Assembly: GCA_021108335.1 (NCBI GenBank)
Contig: JAIORC010000188.1
Coordinates: 10,240-74,239 of the forward strand
Direction of reading: 5' to 3'
Length of the DNA stretch: 64,000 nucleotides
Origin: Phycisphaerae bacterium
GTDB lineage: Bacteria; Planctomycetota; Phycisphaerae; SM23-33
Below the pieces are notes generated by a model. That model made no database searches and was not told where the DNA came from. It saw only the letters and a list, made by a program, of their open reading frames with translations. Shown here piece after piece: positions 35,962 to 47,300 of this stretch. Both the position numbers and the translations under genes were made by a program. Each line of letters begins with the position of its first letter. Within the stretch, counting starts at the first letter, position 1.

Positions 35962-38520
35962 ATGAAATTTTCAAAATCATGTGTGGTGTTGACGTTGGCT
36001 TTCGCGGCTGCGTGTGCGCAGGCGGATCCGAACGTAATTCTTGAGGATGATTTCTCGGGGACGAAGATCAATTCTGCCAAGTGGAAGCTCTACGTTCCGA
36101 AGGGGACAGGCGGTTTCATCAGAATTGAAGACGGCGTACTGCATGTTTTGTCATGTGACAGATCGGCATTTTTCACTACGAAAAAAGAGATTCCGTCAGG
36201 ACATATCCTGGAGTTCGACTACTTTCAGCCTTCGAAAGAGCGAAAGGGCAGCTACCAGAATCATGTGTTGTATAGTGCGACCAGAGACGCAAAGGGGCGG
36301 AAGTGTCGCAACACCGTGTGGTACGTTGAGCAATCCGGGTGTTTGTTCAGTCATCACAACGGCCTGCGAGACAAGCGGGGAGCGATTGGGAATTTTCCTC
36401 CATCGCGTGATAAGTGGTATCGGGTTCGAGTATTGAACCAGGCCCGGAGCACTACGATTATTGTACGCGACCGGAAGACCGGCAAGCTTTGCAGCCGGGC
36501 CACTTTTTCCCACGATCCGGTGTCGTCGGGTCGAATACAGTTTGTTGGGGGGGCATACAACAAAGGCAGCCGCCTGGGCTTCAAGCTCGACAATGTGCGA
36601 ATTCTCAGCAAAACGCCCGTTCTCGGCAAAGCCCCGACGCCGCTGGTACCGCCGGGAAATTTCGAGACGCCGGCGAACTGGAAGCCGCTCGATATCGCAG
36701 GAAGGAATTTCTGGCATTTGGCTTACTATAAGCCCCATGCGTGGAAGCTTTGGGGAATGAGCAAGCATCCGCTGTTTGCCGAAGCGGCGTGGCTGCACGC
36801 TCCGACCGACGAAAAAGCGATCAGCGCCACGCCTCGGCCTTTTACGATGAGGCCGGCAAGAACGAAGGCCGGTCGCGAGCGGCAGGTGAAAATTGTAAAG
36901 GCCGCCGGAGATAAGTTCCTCGGATTTTATCCGCCGATGAATGAGTGGGGCGATGTCTACCTTCGCCGCGGCCGGCTTGGCAAAGCGACCAGCCGCGATG
37001 ACGGACTTGCACGAATTAAGCGGATGTATATCAAACGTGCGGATACGGCGCCGGTCAAACGCGCGACCTTTTCGCTTATGAATTACCGGCTTTTCCATCA
37101 TCACGCCCTCGAGTGGGGATCACGCTCGGTGACAGCCGAAATCGGCGAAACCGTTCCGTGTACCAACCTTCAGATTGCATGTACGCGCGGTGCGGCGCGC
37201 GAGTACGGCCGCCCGTGGGGCATCGATCTTTCCTCGTGGCTTTACGGAAAGATGACCCATTACGTGTACACGCCTGACTTCATATCCAGCCCGTGCTCGT
37301 TGTACAGCGGTCATTCCGTATCGCTCCACAAAAGATTCTGCTACGCCTCCTGGCTGGCTGGCGCTAACTATATCTGGTACGAGAACGAAGCTGTGCTGGC
37401 GATGAATGAAAACGACATCCGCCAGGTGATCGGTTGCCAGCCGGACAAGAAATACGATCGCTGGGTGCTCTCGCCGGTTGGCGAGATAGCGCAGAAGCTC
37501 TTTGCTCTCGCGAAAATCAAAGATCGCGGAACCCCTTACACGCCGGTGGCGTTGATGATCGATTTCGCCCATGGCTGGTCGCCGCTGGGCTGTACGCCGC
37601 ACAAGATATGGGCCAATCTGCCGCTGGCCAAGGGCGACCACATGCTCGACGAGTTCTTCAATACGATTTACCCGTGGAACCCGGCCCGCGACTATAGCGA
37701 GCCTGGCGCGCGCAAGCCAGGCAGGAACGGCGAGCAGGGCTTCCTGACGCCAACTCCCTATGGCGATATCTTCGACGTGTTCACGAACAAGTCATGCCGC
37801 ACCCTGGCTGGCTATCGCGTATTGATGATGGTGGGCGACGTGCGGATCGACAAGGCCCTGGCGGCAAAACTTATAGCATACGTCAAAAATGGCGGCACAC
37901 TCGTTATCAACGCGAAGCAGCTCGGGGCGCATTTGCCGGCGAAGTTCCTCGGCGCTAAGCTGACGGGGCAAAGCGGCACGGCGAAGTCGGCTTTGTGCAA
38001 GCTCGACGGCAAAAAGCTTGCCGGGGCGGCATTCAGCTACGCCAAGGTGGAATTGACAACCGCCAAGCCGCTCGTTACAGCCGATGGCGGCAAAGACGCG
38101 CTGGCTTGCATTAACGAGGTCGGCAAGGGCAGAGTAGTTCTCACGACACCGCCTTATCTTCTCAACAAGAAGAATCGTGCGGTGCCCATGTTGAAGCACC
38201 TGTTGAAACATCTCACCAGCGGCCTGCTGCCGGTTCGCGTCAGCGAAGGCGACGGCCTGGAGTATACGGTCAACCGCACCGCCAAGGGCTGGGTTGTGGG
38301 GCTTATTAACAATAAGGGTATTTACAAGCAGCCGACCGGCCCGCCGACAATCAGGCCCGAAGAGGAAATAGCAGTAATGGTGCGTCTGGATGGTGTGGCG
38401 ACGAAGGCTACCGAATGGATCACCGGCAAGAAGCTGAAAATGAAAACCACGAAAAAAAGTACAACCGTCAGGCTGGTCGTCCCAGCCGGCGACGTACGAA
38501 TTATTGAATTGGAGAAATAA
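35962..38520 (+). CDS. Family B paralog 1: ConA/LamG-like N-module fused to the same central domain - GH42M-like - beta-sandwich core
   Basis: Signal peptide. N-module ILEDDFSGTKINSAKWKLYVP... is a jelly-roll lectin/glucanase-like fold. The central RGAAREYGRPWGIDLS and SGHSVSLHKRFCYASWLAGANYIWYE align with family A RGAARQYDKPWRTYLA and CGTSLSLQKRQIFGAYMSGTNIFRDE. C-terminus ...VPAGDVRIIELEK. Confidence 0.6.
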   Translation: MKFSKSCVVLTLAFAAACAQADPNVILEDDFSGTKINSAKWKLYVPKGTGGFIRIEDGVLHVLSCDRSAFFTTKKEIPSGHILEFDYFQPSKERKGSYQNHVLYSATRDAKGRKCRNTVWYVEQSGCLFSHHNGLRDKRGAIGNFPPSRDKWYRVRVLNQARSTTIIVRDRKTGKLCSRATFSHDPVSSGRIQFVGGAYNKGSRLGFKLDNVRILSKTPVLGKAPTPLVPPGNFETPANWKPLDIAGRNFWHLAYYKPHAWKLWGMSKHPLFAEAAWLHAPTDEKAISATPRPFTMRPARTKAGRERQVKIVKAAGDKFLGFYPPMNEWGDVYLRRGRLGKATSRDDGLARIKRMYIKRADTAPVKRATFSLMNYRLFHHHALEWGSRSVTAEIGETVPCTNLQIACTRGAAREYGRPWGIDLSSWLYGKMTHYVYTPDFISSPCSLYSGHSVSLHKRFCYASWLAGANYIWYENEAVLAMNENDIRQVIGCQPDKKYDRWVLSPVGEIAQKLFALAKIKDRGTPYTPVALMIDFAHGWSPLGCTPHKIWANLPLAKGDHMLDEFFNTIYPWNPARDYSEPGARKPGRNGEQGFLTPTPYGDIFDVFTNKSCRTLAGYRVLMMVGDVRIDKALAAKLIAYVKNGGTLVINAKQLGAHLPAKFLGAKLTGQSGTAKSALCKLDGKKLAGAAFSYAKVELTTAKPLVTADGGKDALACINEVGKGRVVLTTPPYLLNKKNRAVPMLKHLLKHLTSGLLPVRVSEGDGLEYTVNRTAKGWVVGLINNKGIYKQPTGPPTIRPEEEIAVMVRLDGVATKATEWITGKKLKMKTTKKSTTVRLVVPAGDVRIIELEK

Positions 38521-38521
38521 C

Positions 38522-41080
38522 ATGCGTGCAACACTCAAAATTACTTTATGCCTGTTTTTACTGATGGCCTTCTGCGCGAAGTCCCTGGCTTCGCCCAAGG
38601 TAATTCTCGAGGACGATTTCTCGGGAACGAAGATCAATTCTCGCAAGTGGACGGTACGCGTTCCCAAGACGAAGGGCAGTTTCGCCAAAATTGAAAACGG
38701 CGTGCTGCATGTTCTTGCCTGCGACAAAGAGGCATCGATAGCTACGCGGCCGGCAATACCGGCTGCTCACATATTGGAGTTTGATTACCTGCAGCCGTCG
38801 ACAGAGATGCGTGGCGGCTACCAGAACAACATATCGTTTCAGACGATAAAAAGGCAACCGGGGCGGTGGGGTGGCGTGTTATGGTATATCGAGAGATCCG
38901 GCGTTACATACAGTCTGTGCGGCGGAATGTGGGGCAGGAAGGAAACACTTGGCAAGAAATTCCCGGTGATAAACAACAAGTGGTATCGGGTTCAGATATA
39001 CAATTTCATGGGAAGCACCATGATTGTTCTGCGCGATAAGGCTACAGGCAAGATCGAAAGCAAAACTGTTTTTCAACATGATCCCTCGTCGGATGGGCGC
39101 ATATTTTTCAAGGCGGCATCGACCAGAAAAGGAAGTCGCTGGGGATTCAAACTCGATAACGTGCGGATTACTTCAGGAGGTGGGACTCTCGATAAAGCAC
39201 CTGCCGCGCTGTTGCCTGCGCAAAAGCCGCGAGTCGGTAAAAGCTGGCAGCCCATGATGCTTGCAGGCAGGAGTTTCTGGCATCTCGCCTACTACAATCC
39301 TGTTCAATGGAAGGCCTGGGGCATGAGCGACCTGCCGCTTTTCGCGGAATCGGCATGGATGGCTGCGCCGCAGGATGCGGAGCTGCTTGGCCAGGGTAAG
39401 AGACCTTACACGCTGAAACCCAGAGGCAAAAACGCCGCAAGCATCGCGAAAAACGCCGGCAACGAGTTTTTGGGCTTCTATCCGACTCTGAATGAATGGG
39501 GCGATGTTCTTCTCAGGTCTGGGCCATGGAAAAAAATGAAGATCAAATCCAGGTACGAGGGGGTTGCGGCGCTGGAACAAATGTACAAAAAGAGAGCCGC
39601 GTCCGCACCGGTAAGCAAGGATATTTTTTCGTGGGTAGGCTACAAGCCTTTCAATCATCAGGCATGTGAGTGGGGCGCGCGAGCGCTGATCGTCGAAACC
39701 GGAGAAACGATCCCCTGCACCAATCTCCAGATTGCATTCATACGTGGAGCGGCAAGGGAATACGGCAAACCCTGGGGCGTGGATATTTCCGCATGGTTGT
39801 TCGGCGCCATGACCAACTACGTTCCGGTACAGGATTTCGTCACGGCACGCTCTGGCCCGTTTTCCGGTCATTCGGTATCTTTTCATAAGAGGATGTCGTA
39901 TGTGTCCTGGCTCACCGGGGCAAACTACCTCCTGTACGAAGAGCGCAGGGCTTTGGCAGTCAACGAAAACGATGTACGCCAGGTATATGGATACGCCCGC
40001 GACAAGGCCCACGACCGCTGGATACTTTCGCCGATCGGCGACGTGGCAAGCAAGCTGTTCAAACTTGCCGCAGTGAAAGATCGAGGCACACCTTACACGC
40101 CGGTAGCCGTCATGGTCGATTTCGCCCACGGCTGGTCGCCGGTAGGCTGTTCGGCGCACAAGATATGGGCAAAGCTTCCCTATACCAGTGGCGACCAGAT
40201 GATAAATGAGTTCTTTAACACGATCTTTCCCTGGAACCCCGACCGCAACTACAGCGTGCAAGGTGCTCGAAAGCCGGGGCGCACCGAGCAGGGATTCCTC
40301 ACGTCAACTCCCTACGGCGACATCTTCGACGTGTTCACGAACAAGTCATACCGCACGATAGACGAATATCGTGTATTGATGATGGTGGGTGATGTGCGGA
40401 TCGACAAAGCCCTGGCGGCGAAGCTTATGGAGTACGTCAAAAGTGGCGGGGCGCTGGTTATCAACGCGAAGCAACTCGGGGCACATCTGCCGGCGGAGTT
40501 TGTCGGTGCTAAGCTGACGGGGCAAAGCGGCACAGCCAAGGCTGCCCTGTGCAAACTTGACGGCAAGAAGCTCGCCGGCTCGGCATTCAGCTACGCCAAG
40601 GTGGAATTGACAACCGCCAAGCCGATTATTACAGCCGATGGTAGCGGCGACGTGCTGGCCTGCATTAACGAGGTCGGCAAGGGCAGAGTTGTTCTCACGA
40701 CGCCACCTTATTTTCTCGACAAGAAGAACCGTGTACTGCCCATGCTAGGGCATCTGTTGAAACACCTCACCAGCGGCCTGCTGCCGGTGCGCGTCAGCAA
40801 GGGTGTGGAGTATACGGTCAACCGCACGCAGGACGGCTGGGTTGTGGGACTGATCAACAACAAGGGCATCTACAAATCGCCGACCGGTCCGCCGAAAATC
40901 AAGCCCGAAGAAGAAATAGCCGTAATGGTGCGTCTCGACGGTGTTGCAACGCAGGCTACCGAATGGCTCACCGGCAAGAAGCTGAAAATGAAAACCATGA
41001 AAAATACCACAACGGTTACGCTTTCCGTCCCAGTCGGCGACGTTCGGATTGTTGAGTTCCGTACCCGACAGGAAGATTAA
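38522..41080 (+). CDS. Family B paralog 2
   Basis: About 65% identical to 35962-38520 throughout, with RBS ggagaaataac ATG. The 38504 ORF start is a TTG artefact upstream. Confidence 0.6.
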   Translation: MRATLKITLCLFLLMAFCAKSLASPKVILEDDFSGTKINSRKWTVRVPKTKGSFAKIENGVLHVLACDKEASIATRPAIPAAHILEFDYLQPSTEMRGGYQNNISFQTIKRQPGRWGGVLWYIERSGVTYSLCGGMWGRKETLGKKFPVINNKWYRVQIYNFMGSTMIVLRDKATGKIESKTVFQHDPSSDGRIFFKAASTRKGSRWGFKLDNVRITSGGGTLDKAPAALLPAQKPRVGKSWQPMMLAGRSFWHLAYYNPVQWKAWGMSDLPLFAESAWMAAPQDAELLGQGKRPYTLKPRGKNAASIAKNAGNEFLGFYPTLNEWGDVLLRSGPWKKMKIKSRYEGVAALEQMYKKRAASAPVSKDIFSWVGYKPFNHQACEWGARALIVETGETIPCTNLQIAFIRGAAREYGKPWGVDISAWLFGAMTNYVPVQDFVTARSGPFSGHSVSFHKRMSYVSWLTGANYLLYEERRALAVNENDVRQVYGYARDKAHDRWILSPIGDVASKLFKLAAVKDRGTPYTPVAVMVDFAHGWSPVGCSAHKIWAKLPYTSGDQMINEFFNTIFPWNPDRNYSVQGARKPGRTEQGFLTSTPYGDIFDVFTNKSYRTIDEYRVLMMVGDVRIDKALAAKLMEYVKSGGALVINAKQLGAHLPAEFVGAKLTGQSGTAKAALCKLDGKKLAGSAFSYAKVELTTAKPIITADGSGDVLACINEVGKGRVVLTTPPYFLDKKNRVLPMLGHLLKHLTSGLLPVRVSKGVEYTVNRTQDGWVVGLINNKGIYKSPTGPPKIKPEEEIAVMVRLDGVATQATEWLTGKKLKMKTMKNTTTVTLSVPVGDVRIVEFRTRQED

Positions 41081-41082
41081 TA

Positions 41083-41243
41083 CCGGGCGCACAAAATTAG
41101 TGCGATCGCGAGTAAAATGTCTAATGACTAAAAAAACACGCTGGGTGGCATGGCGACACCGCAGGGGTCGCCATGAGGGATGGCGTAGGAATTGCGTGGT
41201 GGCCTTGTTACCTCGTCTGGCGCACTAACTTTGTGCGCCCGGT
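41083..41243. repeat. MITE-like element: REP-like hairpin flanked by 23-bp inverted repeats
   Basis: accgggcgcacaaaattagtgcg at 41083-41105 versus cgcactaactttgtgcgcccggt at 41221-41243 (22/23 complementary). Inside lies gggtggcatggcgacaccgcaggggtcgccatga (41144-41177), identical to the copy at 13135-13170. Confidence 0.5.
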
Positions 41244-41323
41244 ATAATAGCATGCGGCAGAGTAGACACGCTGCCGACAGGAAAGGGCAAATTGTTTTGT
41301 GCATCCTAAAAAAGGTGAATTTA

Positions 41324-44263
41324 ATGCGCTGGAAATTATTGGTTTTGACGGGCTTTATGGCGATGTTTTTCGTTGGCGCCTCGGTTGCGGACGCCGCGGA
41401 GGACAAGCCGGTTTTGTGCATACGCAAAACGCCCCGCCCGCCGGTAATTGACGGGAAGCTGGACAAGGGCGAATGGGCCGGCCGCGGCGAAATTCCCCTG
41501 GTTCGCCTGCACAGCGGAAAGGGTAACGCGTCGCAGCCGGCCAAGGCTTTTGTTACTTATGACGATAAGAACCTGTATTTCGGCGTGCGTTGCGCCGAGT
41601 CGAACATCGGCAAAATAAAAGCCAATGTCAAGGAGCACAACGGCGATATCTGGTATGACGACGATATTGAAGTATTTATCGATACGAATCACGATAAGAT
41701 CAGCTATCACCAATATGCCGTCAATTCCATCGGCACGCAGTGGGACCGCGATTCGTCGAAAAAGGGAGCCTGGAAAGCGGCGGCGAAGGTGTATGCCGAT
41801 CACTGGGTCGTGGAGATAGCCATACCTTTTACCGTACTCGGGATAACGCCGGACGACGGTCTGGTTTGTGGATTTAATCTCACCCGTACGCGGCCTGGTA
41901 AGCCGACTGAGGTAAGCACCTGGTCTCCCCAGAAAGGGTCGATTCACGCCCCGGCGCGCTTCGGCTATCTGGTTTTCGGTACTCTCAAGGCTGCCGCCGA
42001 CCGTAAGGGGAAGCTGCTCCGGGCACAGTTGGACGCGCTGACTGGGGAGACAACCGCAAAGGCCGCTTTGCTTAAGCAGGTTAAAGCGATGGAGAATTTG
42101 GTTCGGAAGGGCGAGAGTTTCAAAGTGGCCCGATATCAGGCTATTCGCAAATCGGCGGCGGCGATTGAAAAGAAGATTGAGGCACTGGCGCGAGCGGAGC
42201 TGGTCGCGAAATTAACTGCCGGAGATACGGGAAAGAAACACCTTCTGACTTCCGCCGCTGCGCGAAGCGGTTATGACGTGCCGGGCAACTGGCGGATGCG
42301 AAAAATTCTGGGCAAGGAATTCTGGCATGATATTTCATATCACAGGATGCCAATGTTCAAGCAGGCAGGCCTCGCGGACGAGCCGTTTATAAAAAACGCG
42401 ATGCCGGCGATTCGCACCCGGGGCAGTGCAACTTTCGAGCGTGTTTTTTTTGATCCCAAATCCGCGACTCGAAAAATGCTGAAAAGTACCGGCAAGCCGT
42501 TTTGCGTAGCATCTGCCGGCGGCAGCTTCGCCCTCGGCCTTGAGCCTTCGGTATGCCGCAGATTCATCAAGGAGTACGGCAAGCAGTTCGCCGGTTTCGT
42601 TGCGGACGAATGCTTCGGGCATGATGCCCGGAAAAAATGGCCTCGCATGAATCTCCCCATGCCGAAAACCCGGCACGAAGCGTTTCTGGGATTTGCCGCG
42701 CAATTTCTGGAGCGCCGGAGGGTGGCTTTCCACAATTGGGCGCTTTGCTACGTGGAATTCCGGCCTTGGGCGATATGCACGTTCTCCACACCCCTCGATC
42801 ATTATGCGCTCGAACTCGGCCCGATCAAGATGGCCGGCACGGAAATCGGTGGGCATATGAAAAGCATGGCCATGATTTTTGCTTTCTCGCGGGGAGCCTC
42901 GCGTCAATACGATAAGCCCTGGCGGATGTATCTCGCCGTCTTTGGGCCGGGTGTTATCTCGGATTCGACACAGGGCTATCGCGTTCTGTCGCCGCGGTGC
43001 CGCAACGCGGCCCCCACCTCTTTCTGGGATACCGGGCCGAATAGCGGCACTTCTTTGTCGCTGCAAAAACGGCAGATACTGTCTGCGTATATGTCCGGGA
43101 TGAATATGTTCCACGACGAGGGCGACAGCGATTGCGGTTCGCTTTACGTCGCCAATTACGACTATCGGAAAATTGACAGCGTCGACGACCTTGTGATCGT
43201 ATTGCGGGACACGCCGCATTGCCTGTCGCCGGCGGGAGCAATCCGCAAGGAGTTCCATGACAATATTGTCAATACGCGCGACCGCGGCGTAATTTATACG
43301 CCGGTAGCCCTGATTTTCGACCGCTTTCACGGATACATGCCCAAGCACTATCAGGATCGGATTCTGGGAGTGATTCCGTACAAAGAGGCTGACTACATGA
43401 TGCGGGCGGTCAATCAGACGCTGTTTCCGTGGGAGCATCGCTCCGGCGAGCAGCAGGCGATGGTTACCGGCCCGTTCGGCGACATGTTCGACGTTTTGAC
43501 CAACAACGCTGAGAGCGAAGTGCTGAGTACTTACGGGGCGGCGATGCTTGTCGGCAATGTCGAGATGAACGGGTATTTCGTGCAAAGGCTCATCAAGTAC
43601 GTCGAGAACGGCGGAACGCTGATTATCAACGCCAGGCAGATCAACGGTAGATTGCCGGAAAAATTTCTCGGCTGCAAAGTAACGAAAAAACGAGGCCGGG
43701 GCAAAATAGCGTTCAGTAACCTTGATAAGTCGGTAATCGTCGAACGCAAGCCCTTCAACTTCCAATACCTCAAGCCGACAACCGCGACGACGCTTGTTTC
43801 TCTGGTCGAGGGCAACAAGAAAACCGTGCCGTTGGTGTTGTCGAACAAGTACGGCAAAGGCAGAGTGATCGTTACCGCGCCGGATTATCTTAAGGAATCC
43901 GGCAGCAAAACGCAGATGCTGAAATTGTTCAGCCATCTCATGCGGCGGCTCAACTCCGAATTGCTGCCGGTGGCGGTGGAAGGAAATGTTGAGTATATCG
44001 TCAATCGCAACAAGAGCGGCTGGGTGGTAACGCTCATCAATAACGAAGGTGTGTACAAACCACCTGGCCAAAAACCAATCGTCAAATCCGAGGAAAACGT
44101 GGTCGCGAAAGTTATTCTGAAGCGTAACGCCGCGGCGAAAGTCTCGAAAGTCAGCGAGTGGCTCACCGGCAAAGAGCTGAAACTCGCCGAAACCCCGCAG
44201 GGCATGGAAGTAACCCTCACCGTCCCAGCCGGCGATGTGCGGATTATCGAATTCGCACAATGA
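41324..44263 (+). CDS. Family A paralog 3
   Basis: True start MRWKLLVLTGFMAMFFVGASVADA, in frame with the longer 41192 ORF. CBM9-like PPVIDGKLDKGEW and a C-terminus ending IIEFAQ. Confidence 0.6.
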   Translation: MRWKLLVLTGFMAMFFVGASVADAAEDKPVLCIRKTPRPPVIDGKLDKGEWAGRGEIPLVRLHSGKGNASQPAKAFVTYDDKNLYFGVRCAESNIGKIKANVKEHNGDIWYDDDIEVFIDTNHDKISYHQYAVNSIGTQWDRDSSKKGAWKAAAKVYADHWVVEIAIPFTVLGITPDDGLVCGFNLTRTRPGKPTEVSTWSPQKGSIHAPARFGYLVFGTLKAAADRKGKLLRAQLDALTGETTAKAALLKQVKAMENLVRKGESFKVARYQAIRKSAAAIEKKIEALARAELVAKLTAGDTGKKHLLTSAAARSGYDVPGNWRMRKILGKEFWHDISYHRMPMFKQAGLADEPFIKNAMPAIRTRGSATFERVFFDPKSATRKMLKSTGKPFCVASAGGSFALGLEPSVCRRFIKEYGKQFAGFVADECFGHDARKKWPRMNLPMPKTRHEAFLGFAAQFLERRRVAFHNWALCYVEFRPWAICTFSTPLDHYALELGPIKMAGTEIGGHMKSMAMIFAFSRGASRQYDKPWRMYLAVFGPGVISDSTQGYRVLSPRCRNAAPTSFWDTGPNSGTSLSLQKRQILSAYMSGMNMFHDEGDSDCGSLYVANYDYRKIDSVDDLVIVLRDTPHCLSPAGAIRKEFHDNIVNTRDRGVIYTPVALIFDRFHGYMPKHYQDRILGVIPYKEADYMMRAVNQTLFPWEHRSGEQQAMVTGPFGDMFDVLTNNAESEVLSTYGAAMLVGNVEMNGYFVQRLIKYVENGGTLIINARQINGRLPEKFLGCKVTKKRGRGKIAFSNLDKSVIVERKPFNFQYLKPTTATTLVSLVEGNKKTVPLVLSNKYGKGRVIVTAPDYLKESGSKTQMLKLFSHLMRRLNSELLPVAVEGNVEYIVNRNKSGWVVTLINNEGVYKPPGQKPIVKSEENVVAKVILKRNAAAKVSKVSEWLTGKELKLAETPQGMEVTLTVPAGDVRIIEFAQ

Positions 44264-44311
44264 CAATCAGTTGATCTGGATATCCTTCCAGGGCAGGAGG
44301 AATTCAACACA

Positions 44312-47300
44312 TTGGGAAAGGTAAATCACGTGCGAGCGAGCTTTATCAATATATTATGGTTCCTGTTGTTCCTGGGTGGGAACGTTGGGCTATTGCAGGC
44401 TCGCGAATCGGTCTGCCTCAACGGCGTGTGGCGGTGTCAGGAGGCTAAAGATAATAAGGCGCCCTCTGGCGACTGGCATTACATAAGGGTCCCGCACCGG
44501 CTTCGCTTGGGCGTGTTCGATATAACCGATTCCGGGGGCAGGGTCATACCGGGCAGCGACGAGTTACAGAAAAACGCCGTCCGTTTCTGGTTTCAGAGAG
44601 ACGTGGTCGTTCCGAAAAAATGGATTGGCAAGAAAATTTTTCTCCGTTTCGGCTCGGTCGGTGTCTACGCCAAAGTGTTGGTGAACGGCAAGGTCGCCGG
44701 CGAGCATTACGGCGAAAGCACGAGTTTTAAGTTCGATATTACGAATCTCGTAACGCCGGGCAAGAAATGCGTTATCTCCGTTCTGGCTCTAAACCGCAAA
44801 GCCGTCGGCAAGACCGTTCCCGGCGGTGGTTCCGGCGGATACGCGGGGATTCGCGAAGATGTATTTCTCGATGCCTTGCCGCAGACCCGCGTCGAAAACC
44901 TGCATATCATCACGTCATTCCGAGAGAAAACAATCAAGGTGAAAACCTGGGTGCGAAACGACGGGGACAAACGCAAAAAAATAACGCTCACAGCTTTTGT
45001 ACTTAAAGACGGGAAGGAAGTTAAAAAGCTTCCTGCCCAAGAGTTCTGGTTGAAGCCGGGGCAAAGCAGGGAAATCGAGACGATACAGAAATGGATCGCC
45101 CCCCGGCTGTGGACGCATGAAACCCCTCATCTTTACAATCTCCGAACGGAGTTGCGTTCCGGCGGCGAAGTCGTCGATACGCTGACGACGCGATTCGGGT
45201 TTCGCGAGTTCTGGGTGGAAAAGGATTCGTTTTATCTGAATGGCGCCAAGGTACATCTCCTGGGCGAGGGAACGCTGGGCCCTTCCCGTCATTTTCTGAC
45301 TCCGGAGACTACCAGGGCATGGGTAAGGCTGCTCAAGGACAGCAATCATAATTGCGTTCGTTTCCACACCGGCCCAGCCCAGCCGTGGGTCTGGGACATC
45401 TGCGACGAGGAAGGGATACTCGCGGTTTCCCAATCGTCATTTTTTCAATTAAGCCGCAACGATGTCAACCCCCCGGAATTCTGGAAAAACATGAAGACCG
45501 AAATCGATGAGTGGATACCGGCCGATCGCAATCACCCCAGCATAATCATGTGGAATGCGGATAACGAAATCCACCACCTGAAATATTCGCTCCGGCTGAA
45601 AAAGATGATCAATAAATATGACGCCACCAGGCCGATCCAATACGGCGGCGACTCCGCGTACAAGACGTCCATGCCGCATTGTCTCGGTAACAAGGACTAT
45701 TATGACAGCCCGGAAGTGGAGGTGTTGAGTACGTATTTTTATGCCTGCTACGGCTATGCCGCCGGTGGAGAGGGACAAAGCTACGGATTCCAGGACCTGC
45801 TCAAGCGTGAGAAATGGCCGCCGGTGTGGCAGAAACTGACGGACAAACCCATCGTAATCGACGAGTTCAGCTATCCGTACGATTTTTGCGACGTGAAAAT
45901 GCTGCGAAACAAAGACCGCAAAGGCCACGTCGCGTGGCTCATCGGCGACGAAGCATACCTGGAAGCGGGCGACTATGACGCAAGGGGGCTTAATGTCAAG
46001 GCGATCAGTTTTGGTGACAGCGCGGTCAAGTCGCGAGTCTATTCGCCCACCTACATAAAAGCCAGGTCGCTGATTGGGGAGGATCTGCTTTCTGCCTGGC
46101 GGTGCTATGACTTTGCCGGCATCGTGGAGTTTGAAAGCTTCTGCCTGACCGCAAATGCCTGGTACGACTTCAGCGCGATCAAACTGAACTACACTCCCGA
46201 AGAGCTTGCCTTGCCAGGCATGAGGCCGAAGTGCCCCGCGGCTTTTTTTCGTGGCGACTCGTTTCTTAACACCTGCAAACCGGAGCTGCCGCCGTACCGG
46301 CCAAACAAACTCTTTCACACCGTAAAAAAAGCCTTCGCGCCAATATTCCTCTATCTCGGCGGCGATATGGAAATAGCGAATAAGAGGCATGTCTGGTTCG
46401 CGGGCGACGATATGAGGAAAACGCTTTGCCTGATCAACGACCGCCTCGATAAGAAAGTTTTCAGGCTTTATCTCGGTTTCGAGGATTCCTCCGGCAAAGT
46501 TTACCAGACGATAAATAAAACGCTTACGCTGCTTCCCGGCGAAGTGAAAAGGCAAAAGGTAAAATTCAACATTCCAGATTTCGCGGCAAAAACAAAATGC
46601 CGGGTCAAAATAATCGCTGTGTCCGACGGCGAGGAATATAAAAGGGATTTTGCGGTTACCGTATTCCCCAAACCGGGCTGTTTGAAAACAGTTTGCAAAA
46701 TAGGCGTCCGCGGTGACAGCCTCGCGGGGTTGCTTGGCAAGAGGATGGCGGGGATCGTTCCGGTGAAGACCATGGCCGAAATCGAGCAATGCGACATTGT
46801 CTTCTGCGACAGTGCCGACTGGCTGGAACGGGAAGCCGAAAAGGCGGAGAAGTTCATGCGTAAAGGAGGAATGATAGTTTGCCTCTGTCGCGAATCCGTC
46901 GCCGGTGTGGAGGTGGATAGGTTCACGGTGAAGAATCTTTTTCCGCGTGCGAAAGGCCATCCGCTTTTAGGCGGCATCGACGCCGACGACCTCGCGAGAA
47001 TGGAAATAACCGCCCTGCCGATGTGGGCAAAGCCCGAGCGGGGTGCTTTCCGCCCCATTATCGACGGCGGTTACAGGCTGGACTACGCGTCGATGCTCGA
47101 GTTTGTCATTGGCAAGGGCAGGCTTGTCTGCCTTTCCCTGCCGGTCCGGGAGTACGGTGCAGAGCCGATCATTACCACGCTGGTCGACAATTGCGTCCGC
47201 TACCGTGACAGCCTTGTTGCCAAATTATTACCGGCGGCTTATATGGGCGGCGCCGAAGGCGCGGCGTTTCTCGCGGGGCTGGGCCTGACGCTTCCGAAAG

